From: a virus
Lineage: Duplodnaviria; Caudoviricetes
Reading direction: 5' to 3' (one strand)
DNA length: 64,000 nt
Virus record (IMG/VR): IMGVR_UViG_3300033073_000980
Coordinates: 1-64,000 of that record
The position numbers were made by a program, and so were the translations under genes. The notes beneath the pieces were generated by a model. That model was not told the DNA's origin. It did no database searches and worked only from the letters and a program-made list of their open reading frames with translations. Shown in pieces: positions 44,176 to 52,865 of the stretch (position 1 is its first letter; each line of letters starts with the position of its first letter).

Positions 44176-44433
44176 TTAATATTTATTTGCTAAGTTAATT
44201 ATAAACTGTTCTTCTTCTAATGTAAGATAAATTCTCTTATGTTGCAACTTACTTAGAGCTTCTTTAAAAGAAATGTCCATTAAATTATCCCTGTCTGGTT
44301 CGGTAACAATTGGTTCGTCAATGTGACCATCGTCAATTAAAGCTTCAATTAGTTCTTGAATTTCCTGTCTGTCACAAGCATCTACAAACTCACTTGGATC
44401 GATGTCGATATCTTCTGAATAAAATGTAGGCAT
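44176..44433 (-). CDS. acidic hypothetical protein
   Basis: ORF. Confidence 0.65.
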   Translation of the reverse strand: MPTFYSEDIDIDPSEFVDACDRQEIQELIEALIDDGHIDEPIVTEPDRDNLMDISFKEALSKLQHKRIYLTLEEEQFIINLANKY

Positions 44434-44437
44434 AATT

Positions 44438-45151
44438 TTATAAATTTCTTCTTAGATCCCACTCAGATATTTCACCTATCAAAAATAAGTTCAAAGTTTC
44501 AGAAGCGGTGTTTACTTTTACTTGAAGTTCCTTAATGGCTTTATTCCACTCAGACACATACTTGTCTTGAAGTCTTTCCAAAGCTAACTTCTTTAATTCT
44601 TCCATAGGACGCAACTCATCAGCCCAACGAGCAATTAGATACTGATTAGTCTGAGTGTTTGTATCGTTGTAAGACCATCCCATAGTTTCAACATAATCCT
44701 TTGCTTGTTCTTTAGAAGTAAAGTCATACCCTGTGCTTTCTCTATTATAGTAACTGCCTTTTGCTTTTTCTTCTTCTGTCTTGTAGTAAGTGGCAGAGTA
44801 ACGAGTGCAAGTACCTACAGCGATAGGATCTGGGGTCTTATCGTCATACCAGATTTTAATGTCACTGAAGTAGTTTTCGGATTTACAAAATGCTAACTCC
44901 CTCATCACCTCCAAAGGCATAGGTGTCTTTGAATACTCTTTAAAGTCAATTTTAGTAGGGCATAAAGTACCAAAGATGTTTTGCATACTCTGGTTCATGT
45001 AGGGGTAGGGGAGTGGCGACTTTGCAGCTTGTACAAATTCCATCTGCTTGTTCAATCCCATTTCGGCAGCTAATTGCTTCCATTCGTCCTGGTCTCCTAT
45101 TTCAAGGATGACGTTGTCTAATTCTGCGTTTCTGAATGATTGTATTGTCAT
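44438..45151 (-). CDS. hypothetical protein
   Basis: Long ORF with no recognised motif. Confidence 0.75.
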   Translation of the reverse strand: MTIQSFRNAELDNVILEIGDQDEWKQLAAEMGLNKQMEFVQAAKSPLPYPYMNQSMQNIFGTLCPTKIDFKEYSKTPMPLEVMRELAFCKSENYFSDIKIWYDDKTPDPIAVGTCTRYSATYYKTEEEKAKGSYYNRESTGYDFTSKEQAKDYVETMGWSYNDTNTQTNQYLIARWADELRPMEELKKLALERLQDKYVSEWNKAIKELQVKVNTASETLNLFLIGEISEWDLRRNL

Positions 45152-45162
45152 AACTATTTTGT

Positions 45163-45414
45163 TTAAAAAAGTAGGTCGTCTGGTTCGTTGTAAAGGATTT
45201 CTGTGTCTGAAGTAGCTCCGGTATCAAAGTATCCTTCTAACCAGAATACAGGATACATTTTGATTTCTCCTTTATATTGTTTGTTTGAAACATTTTTTGT
45301 CTGTGTTGGAATTCCTTCTATCATAGCTGCTTTAGCTACTTCTTTTCCTAACTGAGGACCGGCAGCTTTGCCGAGGAAGTCAAAAAGTGATTTGTATTCA
45401 ATTTTATTGCTCAT
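45163..45414 (-). CDS. hypothetical protein
   Basis: ORF. Confidence 0.65.
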   Translation of the reverse strand: MSNKIEYKSLFDFLGKAAGPQLGKEVAKAAMIEGIPTQTKNVSNKQYKGEIKMYPVFWLEGYFDTGATSDTEILYNEPDDLLF

Positions 45415-45604
45415 CGTCTGAGTCCTCCTTTCCTTGTTCTAAAGTCTCTAGATAGATAAAGAGCATACTAATACCCAATGATGCATGACCAAGTGCTGTC
45501 CAGTAACTCTTTACATACATTGCTAATCCTACTCCAATAACGTTGCAGGACAAAGCGAAAAGGATCCATCCTTGCCATAATTTTTTTCGTGTAACTTTTT
45601 TCAT
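45404..45604 (-). CDS. two-TM membrane microprotein
   Basis: Two hydrophobic helices. Confidence 0.6.
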   Translation of the reverse strand: MKKVTRKKLWQGWILFALSCNVIGVGLAMYVKSYWTALGHASLGISMLFIYLETLEQGKEDSDDEQ

Positions 45605-45610
45605 AATAAC

Positions 45611-45811
45611 TTATTTAACGTATTTAACTTTTTTCTTTTTTTCCTTTAATGAGTCTAGATATTCTTTTGAGTATTTATGCTCTACCCGGTATGGGCCGGT
45701 AGTAGAAATGCTTTTATCATAGTACCAAGTCGATACTATGCCTGTTTCGTTAATATGCTCTCGGACATATTTATCTAAAGGAGCTGCAGGTGTTTTAGGT
45801 ACGTAAGCCAT
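45611..45811 (-). CDS. hypothetical protein
   Basis: ORF; promoter at 45827-45840. Confidence 0.65.
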   Translation of the reverse strand: MAYVPKTPAAPLDKYVREHINETGIVSTWYYDKSISTTGPYRVEHKYSKEYLDSLKEKKKKVKYVK

Positions 45812-45880
45812 AACTCTTATTTTACTTAAATATACGAACTAGTTAGAATAAAAGCAACTATCTCTAAACTATTTTCAATT

Positions 45881-46024
45881 TTAAAAATTAAAACTGTCAG
45901 TTAAATTCAAGCAAGTGTCTGGTGTATTCTGCTGATAATCTTGTATATCAATTGTTTTACTTGATACCCATACTATAATGCTGAATAGTAATATTAGAGC
46001 AACACTGTAAGGGTTTAGTTTCAT
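45881..46024 (-). CDS. 47-aa membrane/secreted microprotein (MKLNPYSVALILLFSIIVWVSS...)
   Basis: Hand-translated; TAATG coupling. Confidence 0.5.
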   Translation of the reverse strand: MKLNPYSVALILLFSIIVWVSSKTIDIQDYQQNTPDTCLNLTDSFNF

Positions 46025-46419
46025 TAAGGGAAGAAGTAGAAGCTTGTTCTATTAGTTTTATCAAACACAACAATACCTAACCCACCTTCAATCTGTTTAA
46101 CAACGATCTCCATATTCCTCTGGGCTTTGGTATTATAAACCTTAACATAAGCTGCATCACCTGCTCTTTTATACTCTAAGATATCATAATTAACAGTCCC
46201 GTTAGAAATCATTCCTGTATTATAATCAGTAATGTTGAATGTCCAATCTGTTACAAAGGTAGTAAGATCGTTGTTTGAAACAAAGTCCCATTCCTCTGTT
46301 TGGTAGTTGTAAATCATTTTGGAAGTACTTACTGTGTTAGTTCGTACTGTGGTTGTGGTGTATTGGGCTGAGGCTGTGCCTGAGATTAAAACCAATAATA
46401 TTAATAATAACCGTTTCAT
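46024..46419 (-). CDS. secreted beta-rich hypothetical protein
   Basis: Bacteroidota-style signal peptide MKRLLLILLVLISGTASA-Q. Confidence 0.7.
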   Translation of the reverse strand: MKRLLLILLVLISGTASAQYTTTTVRTNTVSTSKMIYNYQTEEWDFVSNNDLTTFVTDWTFNITDYNTGMISNGTVNYDILEYKRAGDAAYVKVYNTKAQRNMEIVVKQIEGGLGIVVFDKTNRTSFYFFP

Positions 46420-46492
46420 ATATTGTTAAAATAGCATGTATATTGTTTGTTCTTCTTTTTCGTCTACTTTACATAGCAATCTCCACCAAGCA

Positions 46493-47266
46493 TTACTTGA
46501 TAGTGATTTTGGAATTTTGGATGACCCGTAGTTCTTTTTCTTGGTGCTTTTTCTTTGGCGAGAGATTTTCATAGATTTTTAAGTTAAGTTTATCTATAAT
46601 ACATAGTGCCATCTTTCTGTGTCCTGAAGCTGTCATATGGCAAAGAAAATCTCCACAGTCGGTTCTTGAAATACAGTGTGTCTTAACGACTACTGCTCCT
46701 TTAATAGAATCAACAAGTAGCTGTTGGAACCTAGCATAGCGTTGAGGATAACCTTTATATGCACTCCTTCCTGTAATATCAATACAAGTCACCGGATCAA
46801 ACCCAGTAATAACAATTGGAGTAACATGAACCTTCTTGCATAGATTAACAATTGCTTGAATGTTCTTAACTGAATTCATAGCAGGTCGGTTACCGGCCAT
46901 GTCGTTAGCACCACCGTAAATGAAGCAGTAATCAAAGTAAGGAGTTACTTTATGCCTTGCTTCTTCCAACATCCATGCTGTTTGCTTTCCACCAACTGCT
47001 GTATTCAAATAAGTCATACCGGTCTTTTTACAAACCTGATGCTGCCATCCAAAGTCTGCCGCCGTATGAGAGTCTCCAATAAATAAAGCTTTCTTTCCTT
47101 TAACTGAAATGACTGTGTCTTGTTTGATAGTATCTTGTTTGGTAGTATCTACTTTAGGTAGTTCACCCCATGCTAAAGGATCTCTAACAGCAGGTTTAGA
47201 TTCTACTACTACATAACCTACTATGAAGCTTAGGGCCATTAAAAATACTCCGTCTTTAATTCTCAT
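46493..47266 (-). CDS. membrane-anchored SGNH/GDSL hydrolase
   Basis: FIGDSHT, GG, GGAND, D..CH blocks; N-terminal TM. Confidence 0.82.
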   Translation of the reverse strand: MRIKDGVFLMALSFIVGYVVVESKPAVRDPLAWGELPKVDTTKQDTIKQDTVISVKGKKALFIGDSHTAADFGWQHQVCKKTGMTYLNTAVGGKQTAWMLEEARHKVTPYFDYCFIYGGANDMAGNRPAMNSVKNIQAIVNLCKKVHVTPIVITGFDPVTCIDITGRSAYKGYPQRYARFQQLLVDSIKGAVVVKTHCISRTDCGDFLCHMTASGHRKMALCIIDKLNLKIYENLSPKKKHQEKELRVIQNSKITIK

Positions 47267-47679
47267 CCTATTATCATTTTATAACCTGTTTCAATTCGCT
47301 CAAAGCCGACAACCTTACCTTCCATCTTTGGGATAAACATAAGAGCTGGCATTCCAGTAGTTACGTAAGGTCCGCCTGAAGGGTCAATCATACCGATCTT
47401 ACTAGTATCTGAATAGACTAACGGTGCATATTTTTTAGACAAAGGAGAATATTCAAACGTTTCTTTATTAAATTCATGAACTGCTTCTTGAAACTCACCC
47501 ATAGTCATTCGTTCGTCAGTATCAACATCGGCACAATAAGCTTCGTAAGCCTTATCGTAAACGTTAGGCCAACTAAATCGACACCATTCGAATTTACCTT
47601 CCCAAAGGATATTCCCATCCTCAGTTTCTGTAAAGGTGAATTTATCACCGTACCGGTTAGTATGTACTTTACTTCGCAT
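47263..47679 (-). CDS. hypothetical protein
   Basis: ORF. Confidence 0.7.
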   Translation of the reverse strand: MRSKVHTNRYGDKFTFTETEDGNILWEGKFEWCRFSWPNVYDKAYEAYCADVDTDERMTMGEFQEAVHEFNKETFEYSPLSKKYAPLVYSDTSKIGMIDPSGGPYVTTGMPALMFIPKMEGKVVGFERIETGYKMIIG

Positions 47680-47971
47680 TATACTCCTCCCAGTTACTGT
47701 AAGTTAATCCCCACTGAACGTTAAACCACATCATTTCTCTTTCTGCCTGAAATGCACGCATTCTTAAATTCTTCATAAGGTATTTCTTACCCCACTTAGT
47801 AAATTCTTCTGCTTGCTCAACAGTCATTGAATATTCTTGGTACCAGTTCTCTTTACCTAGAATATCATCGTAGGTAACATCATGACCGGCAATAATAAAC
47901 ATTTGATTGATCAGATCAACAACTGCTTTTTCTCGCTTTTCTTCTCTACTTAATCGTTTTTTAGTCTCCAT
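47669..47971 (-). CDS. hypothetical protein
   Basis: ORF; promoter at 47990. Confidence 0.7.
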   Translation of the reverse strand: METKKRLSREEKREKAVVDLINQMFIIAGHDVTYDDILGKENWYQEYSMTVEQAEEFTKWGKKYLMKNLRMRAFQAEREMMWFNVQWGLTYSNWEEYNAK

Positions 47972-48021
47972 AACTTTTATTTGATAACATTAATATACGA
48001 ATAATTTTTCTAAATTCCAGC

Positions 48022-48552
48022 TTAATTCCACCAATGTTCAATCTTTCTTTCAAGAATTTTAAACAATAATTTACGAGCTTTTAGATGCCGTTCAATACCT
48101 ACTGCTAAAGATAATCCTCTATCTGTTTTTCTATAATTCTTATATACTGGATTAGCTTTTACAAGTTTAATGGTATTTGGGTACTTAGCTAAATAATCTT
48201 TAATATCACCAATTGGTTTATTATTAAAATCATCTAGGTAGTTAAAATATTCTGATTGATAATAGTCGTCTTGGATTCTTTCAATTAATTTAACACAAAT
48301 TCTCATATCCCTAACATCCTCCTCTACACCAACATATCTAGGATTAGTCACAAAGTAATCAGCTGTATTCTTAATTTTGAATTTTAAAGCCTCAAAAATA
48401 AAGTGGTCATCCCAATCTCTATCCTTCCAAATAATAGGAAACCATTTCCAAAGATTTTTAATACCTTGAGATATATCTCTAGGAAGATGTTTGAATTCCC
48501 ATCTAAACCATCTGTAGAGTTTCCAGTACCATTTGTTATATTCTTCGCTCAT
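48022..48552 (-). CDS. hypothetical protein
   Basis: ORF, W-rich (NLWKWFPIIWKDRDWD). Confidence 0.7.
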   Translation of the reverse strand: MSEEYNKWYWKLYRWFRWEFKHLPRDISQGIKNLWKWFPIIWKDRDWDDHFIFEALKFKIKNTADYFVTNPRYVGVEEDVRDMRICVKLIERIQDDYYQSEYFNYLDDFNNKPIGDIKDYLAKYPNTIKLVKANPVYKNYRKTDRGLSLAVGIERHLKARKLLFKILERKIEHWWN

Positions 48553-48896
48553 AACTTAAATAATTCGTAATTACTATTTTGTGTTTTGAATTTAATATAG
48601 TCTTCTCGCTCTTCCACAATTTCTGTAATAGAAGTTGTTAGCCAAGTAAAGTTTATTCTTGGGTCTAAGATACAAGATAAACCGACAGCAGGCTTATCAT
48701 GCTTTGCTTTAAACCTACCATCTTCACCCCATTCAATCCAACCCATCTCTCTTCCATACTTTGTTAAACCGTCTCGTTCACGAACTAGCTTCCAATTCTT
48801 AATTCGGTTTTCCATTGCTTCTAGTTCTAGAGCAAGTCTTAAAATATCATCCTCAGTTAATTCTACTGGGATTTTGTCTTGTTTAATTTTACTCAT
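48549..48896 (-). CDS. hypothetical protein
   Basis: ORF. Confidence 0.7.
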   Translation of the reverse strand: MSKIKQDKIPVELTEDDILRLALELEAMENRIKNWKLVRERDGLTKYGREMGWIEWGEDGRFKAKHDKPAVGLSCILDPRINFTWLTTSITEIVEEREDYIKFKTQNSNYELFKL

Positions 48897-49147
48897 CGTC
48901 TTTTAATCATAAACTTAAAACATCCTTTCCAGATTAGCAACCGGCAGATCCATTTAGGTAACCAACCTGCCATAAACGGTTCGGTTTTAGCTAGTACATA
49001 ATAAGCTACTTCCGGTCCACCTTCTACTTTACTGAACTCGATAGTTGCACTCTCCCATCTGGATCTAAAGTAGAAGTAGTGACCTAAAAAGTATCCTTCA
49101 GCCTGTACCGGGCAGTTGCCTGAAGGTTTGTAAATCCATTTAATCAT
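48893..49147 (-). CDS. hypothetical protein
   Basis: ORF (CPVQAEG...FYFRSR). Confidence 0.65.
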   Translation of the reverse strand: MIKWIYKPSGNCPVQAEGYFLGHYFYFRSRWESATIEFSKVEGGPEVAYYVLAKTEPFMAGWLPKWICRLLIWKGCFKFMIKRR

Positions 49148-49158
49148 TTTGCTTTTTA

Positions 49159-49836
49159 TTATAAGTTTAATTCTTGAGCTTGTTCAGTTAGAAAGTCTAA
49201 TGCTTCTTCCTGTTTCTTTTTTGCCATTATTTCTTCTAGCTGCTTTTCTAAGCGTTCAATACTACCCCAAATGATTTGTGCCTCTGGATCTGCTTGTTTG
49301 ATGAAGTAAACTAATTCTTTTTGTTTACCTCTGGAATAGTATCCATGTTCTATGTCTTCTGCTAGATCTTGTAGGTGTTCAGGAGCATAAATAGAAATAC
49401 GTAGGTCATAATCTTGCCATTTAGTCTTATAATCTACAAACCTAATCCCCCTAGTTAACTTATTAAACAAGTTATGCAAAGTCCAGTTTCTTACTCTCAC
49501 TATAGACGAATCATTCCCAAATACATCTAGGAAGCGTAGAAACCATCTTGGGCAAAACTTAGGCTTAGCTTCATGGTCCATAGCTAAAACCAGAGGGTAG
49601 ATAGCCTGGAAGTAATTACTAGATTCGTTATAAGGTATAGATCCTAAATAACCATACTTCTCATGGAAATCTTTAGGAAAGAATATAGGTCTAATTTCTC
49701 TCCATCCTATATCTATAGTATGAACCATTCCTTTCTTTCTTCCTTTCCAGAACAGGATTGTGTATTTAAGATTTTCTAAACGCTGTTTAAACGTTGGCGG
49801 TTTATAAAATTTGCTATTTTTATTTACTTTGCTCAT
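49159..49836 (-). CDS. hypothetical protein
   Basis: ORF. Confidence 0.7.
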   Translation of the reverse strand: MSKVNKNSKFYKPPTFKQRLENLKYTILFWKGRKKGMVHTIDIGWREIRPIFFPKDFHEKYGYLGSIPYNESSNYFQAIYPLVLAMDHEAKPKFCPRWFLRFLDVFGNDSSIVRVRNWTLHNLFNKLTRGIRFVDYKTKWQDYDLRISIYAPEHLQDLAEDIEHGYYSRGKQKELVYFIKQADPEAQIIWGSIERLEKQLEEIMAKKKQEEALDFLTEQAQELNL

Positions 49837-49841
49837 AACTT

Positions 49842-50198
49842 TTATTTTCCATAAAATGTTTCGTAGAACCAGTTTGACCAGCTGCGTTTCATTTTAGTGA
49901 TCTTAATATCAACCCGGCGCTTGGCACAGGTAATCATATAAGTCTTCGGCTTTTCTTCTTGACTCTTAACATACTGCTTCAAGGCTTTGCCGAAATCCTT
50001 CTTGTAGATATTAAACAAGAAGAAGAATAACTTGCGTTGGTTGTAATCGTCAAAGCGCCACTTTCCATTTCTCATTTCAGCAATTTTAACCTCTGAAGAA
50101 GATTCATGCTTGCTGTAGATAGCAAAATGAGTTAAATAAGTCTTGAAGAATAGCGAATCGGTATCGCTCAAATGATAGGTAAATTCTGATGTGATCAT
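49842..50198 (-). CDS. hypothetical protein
   Basis: ORF; promoter at 50228. Confidence 0.65.
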   Translation of the reverse strand: MITSEFTYHLSDTDSLFFKTYLTHFAIYSKHESSSEVKIAEMRNGKWRFDDYNQRKLFFFLFNIYKKDFGKALKQYVKSQEEKPKTYMITCAKRRVDIKITKMKRSWSNWFYETFYGK

Positions 50199-50203
50199 AA
50201 CTT

Positions 50204-50341
50204 TTATTTGCGTCTTTTTAGTTTGTACTTAATATACGAGAGTCCTGGCAAGGAGGCAACCCCTCCTATTAGAAAAGTGAAAATATTTGGATGCCAGTGT
50301 TCACCACATAGTCCAAACATATGCTTTATTGCCTCTATCAT
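50204..50341 (-). CDS. 45-aa microprotein (MIEAIKHMFGLCGEHWHPNIFTFLIGG...)
   Basis: Hand-translated; promoter-like element at ~50345-50375. Confidence 0.55.
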   Translation of the reverse strand: MIEAIKHMFGLCGEHWHPNIFTFLIGGVASLPGLSYIKYKLKRRK

Positions 50342-50379
50342 ACCGTAAAGATATGAAGAATGTTTTAATAAAACAACTA

Positions 50380-50520
50380 CTAATTTTCTTCTTCTAGATC
50401 CTCTACCATTACATTTAATGCTAGATCTAGTGCATGGAGGTCATCCCACAAATCTTCTTCTCCTAAGTCGGCATCAAGCCACTCTCTGTCTTCGTCTGTT
50501 AATTCTTCCGGTGTAACCAT
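50380..50520 (-). CDS. 46-aa hyperacidic microprotein
   Basis: Hand-translated; TAATG-coupled to the holin; 19 D/E residues. Confidence 0.55.
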   Translation of the reverse strand: MVTPEELTDEDREWLDADLGEEDLWDDLHALDLALNVMVEDLEEEN

Positions 50521-50921
50521 TATTCTGATTTATGTCTGTCAATTTTATTTAGGATTGCTGCTAAGGCATCGTTCTTAATAAAGCCGGCTTGTTCTGCATT
50601 CTTTAATGCACTTATAACCTGGAATACTATTAATGGAATTAAAATCGTTTCTGATAACCATGATGTTCCTTTGAAACCTGCTTCAACCATTATTAGTGCC
50701 GTCAAAGTAATAATCCAGGCAACTAATGTTTTTAATATTCTTATTGCTTTGTAGGTCTTAAATCCTTCTCTTTTAGTTCCAGCAATAACGCCAAAGAAAC
50801 CATCCATAAAGATTACTGCAACAACGGCCAGATATTGGTCCGAGTTTTCCATTGCTAAGTTAAAAAAGTAGCTGCATACAAACGCAAATGCAGCCGTTGT
50901 TGTCAGTAGAGTCTCTTTCAT
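50520..50921 (-). CDS. phage holin (Phage_holin_4_1-like)
   Basis: Three hydrophobic segments, IFMDGFFGV, ISALKNA..AG; near the endolysin. Confidence 0.75.
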   Translation of the reverse strand: MKETLLTTTAAFAFVCSYFFNLAMENSDQYLAVVAVIFMDGFFGVIAGTKREGFKTYKAIRILKTLVAWIITLTALIMVEAGFKGTSWLSETILIPLIVFQVISALKNAEQAGFIKNDALAAILNKIDRHKSE

Positions 50922-50922
50922 G

Positions 50923-51303
50923 TTATCCTATTTCTTCGTCTAAGTGATCTGGTATTCCGTCTCCGTCAACGTCGCAAATTTCAACGTATCCGAATGCTTT
51001 CATGAATTTAGCAACCCTTTCCTTCAGGTCGTTATCACTATCCTCAAACCAATCTTCTTTTAGATTGTCGTGATCTAGAATATTAATTAGAGCATCGTAA
51101 AGCTTATCAACATCTTCTACTAAATAAATATCAGATGCTGCAAAGTCTAAACTAAAAGCATAGTCGTCAATTTGAGGAATTTTTAATAAATCATCAATCT
51201 TGCCGATCTTCTTTTCTTTTAAAGGCATTTCCTTTCCAAACTTGTGGAAGTACTCACCTACATAGATGTACCCTTGTCCTTCTTTTAATTGAAACTCACT
51301 CAT
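50923..51303 (-). CDS. hypothetical protein, degenerate T5orf172/GIY-YIG-like with C-terminal DxDxDG loop
   Basis: GYIYVG...KIG...EDWF; DVDGDGIPD. Confidence 0.55.
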   Translation of the reverse strand: MSEFQLKEGQGYIYVGEYFHKFGKEMPLKEKKIGKIDDLLKIPQIDDYAFSLDFAASDIYLVEDVDKLYDALINILDHDNLKEDWFEDSDNDLKERVAKFMKAFGYVEICDVDGDGIPDHLDEEIG

Positions 51304-52136
51304 TACTTTAATAAATTATAATATTCTCTGAAATGTTTAATTCTGTCTGCCAGGCCAATAGTACCTCCGTTAACTCTTTTAGTAACAGCCGTAACTGTTG
51401 CATCATCAGCTCCTCTGTCGCAGATACCCCAAAGTCTGTTTGTATCAAAGAACCAAGCAGCAGATGCTAAAGGATACTTTGTAGCTACTAAATCAGGATT
51501 GGCTGTTGTATCTTCAGGTACAAACTTATCAAAAGCCACGTAGTTTGCTTTTCCAGTTAATTGGATATAACCACGACCTCTATATTTGTAACCTTCTCCT
51601 GTTGCTTCAGGACCGTTACCCATTCTACCTCCGTAAACTCTTGAGGCAATCTTCTCTGGCTTACGAGCATAAGCTTCAGCTAAAGCCAAAGTTGGAAAGT
51701 ATCTTCCAAAAATACCCATCAAACCTTTTGAAGAATAGTTTAGATTCTCCTGAACAGCTTTGAAACCTCCTGATTCATGACCACATTGTGCCAAGAAATG
51801 GGCAAGTCTCAAAGGAGATGTTATATTAAATTTAGCAGCAGTCTCAGGAATCTGAGCAAGTACTGCATCGGGAACGTGTCCCTTTAGATTGTTTAACTTT
51901 AATGGACCTGATGAGATTGGAGCTGCAGCTGGTGCAGGGGCAGTACCTGGAGTTATCCCGAACATTTTATTCCATGTTCCGTCTCCTACTATACCGTCAG
52001 GAGTTAAGCCATTGGCTGCTTGCCAAGCCTTAACTGCCTCTTCAGTCTTAGGTCCAAAGTTTCCTATAGGCTCCACGCCTAATTTTACCTGGAGCTTTTT
52101 AACGTTTTCGTTATTATCACCTCTTTTTAGTAACAT
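51303..52136 (-). CDS. modular endolysin: PG_binding_1 plus GH19 domain
   Basis: G.FGPKTEEAVKAWQ..NGL.PDGIVG; AHFLAQCGHES, ENLNYS, YRGRGYIQLTGK.NY, INGG-like VNGG..GL.DR. Confidence 0.93.
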   Translation of the reverse strand: MLLKRGDNNENVKKLQVKLGVEPIGNFGPKTEEAVKAWQAANGLTPDGIVGDGTWNKMFGITPGTAPAPAAAPISSGPLKLNNLKGHVPDAVLAQIPETAAKFNITSPLRLAHFLAQCGHESGGFKAVQENLNYSSKGLMGIFGRYFPTLALAEAYARKPEKIASRVYGGRMGNGPEATGEGYKYRGRGYIQLTGKANYVAFDKFVPEDTTANPDLVATKYPLASAAWFFDTNRLWGICDRGADDATVTAVTKRVNGGTIGLADRIKHFREYYNLLK

Positions 52137-52138
52137 AA

Positions 52139-52399
52139 TTAACCTTCTTCTTCTGGGCTTTTGTTATCTTGTTTCTTGTTAATCCATTTATCTACTGATG
52201 CAATACCAAATGATCCTAGAACCATTACCATGAAACCATCAAAAATAATCTTGTTAAGAACAAACTCCTTACCAGAATAACCAGTGATGATGTCTACAAT
52301 AAATGCAATACATAGCATAAAGAATGCAACAAATCCTACAACACTTTTTTCATTAATGCTGTTGTTGTCGTCGAATAATTGTGAGAAAAATTTTTTCAT
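52139..52399 (-). CDS. two-TM membrane protein (holin-like / lysis accessory)
   Basis: Two TM helices; immediately upstream of the endolysin. Confidence 0.6.
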   Translation of the reverse strand: MKKFFSQLFDDNNSINEKSVVGFVAFFMLCIAFIVDIITGYSGKEFVLNKIIFDGFMVMVLGSFGIASVDKWINKKQDNKSPEEEG

Positions 52400-52400
52400 A

Positions 52401-52853
52401 TTAGAATTGTTTAGTTGTTTTAGTTAAACTTTCTTGTAACGCTTTAGAAAACGCCTTTCGGTTTAACGGAACTTCGTTGTTTTCAACGTTTAAAAACATT
52501 GCAAAAACAAACGTTCTTCTTTCACCAACTGATTTGAAACAACCTGAACCAATACAAATACTGGTCTCAACAATATAATCTTTTCTCAACCATTGGATTC
52601 CCATGATGTTTAGTATTTGCTGGGGTGAGTAAATACTATCTATCCCAACCTGAACATCAAAAGCAACTCCTGAATCAACAGGGGTGTATCCTTTATTGAT
52701 TAAAAGCTCTTCGACTTCTTCTTTAACTCCAAAAGTAACATTCCTACCCCCAATCGTTTCGATGTGCTGGTTGTTATTAACATGCACTTTAACGAAGGTA
52801 GTATCTTTAATTGGAGCTAATGCAAATAGTATAGAAGCGAGTGTGCTTAACAT
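52401..52853 (-). CDS. exported protein, probable second CsgG-fold subunit
   Basis: Signal-like N-terminus; RNVTFGVKEEVEELL and KAFSKALQESL parallel KNVGLGFAESVLDYL and STVGKATRKSL in 55158-55853. Confidence 0.5.
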   Translation of the reverse strand: MLSTLASILFALAPIKDTTFVKVHVNNNQHIETIGGRNVTFGVKEEVEELLINKGYTPVDSGVAFDVQVGIDSIYSPQQILNIMGIQWLRKDYIVETSICIGSGCFKSVGERRTFVFAMFLNVENNEVPLNRKAFSKALQESLTKTTKQF

Positions 52854-52865
52854 CTATTATAAATA

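Noticed and set aside
46443-46592. Overlapping ~48-aa ORF (MKISRQRKSTKKKNYG...) in another frame at the SGNH 3' end
   Set aside because: It overlaps the SGNH C-terminus extensively and has no independent support. It could be real but cannot be decided from sequence alone.
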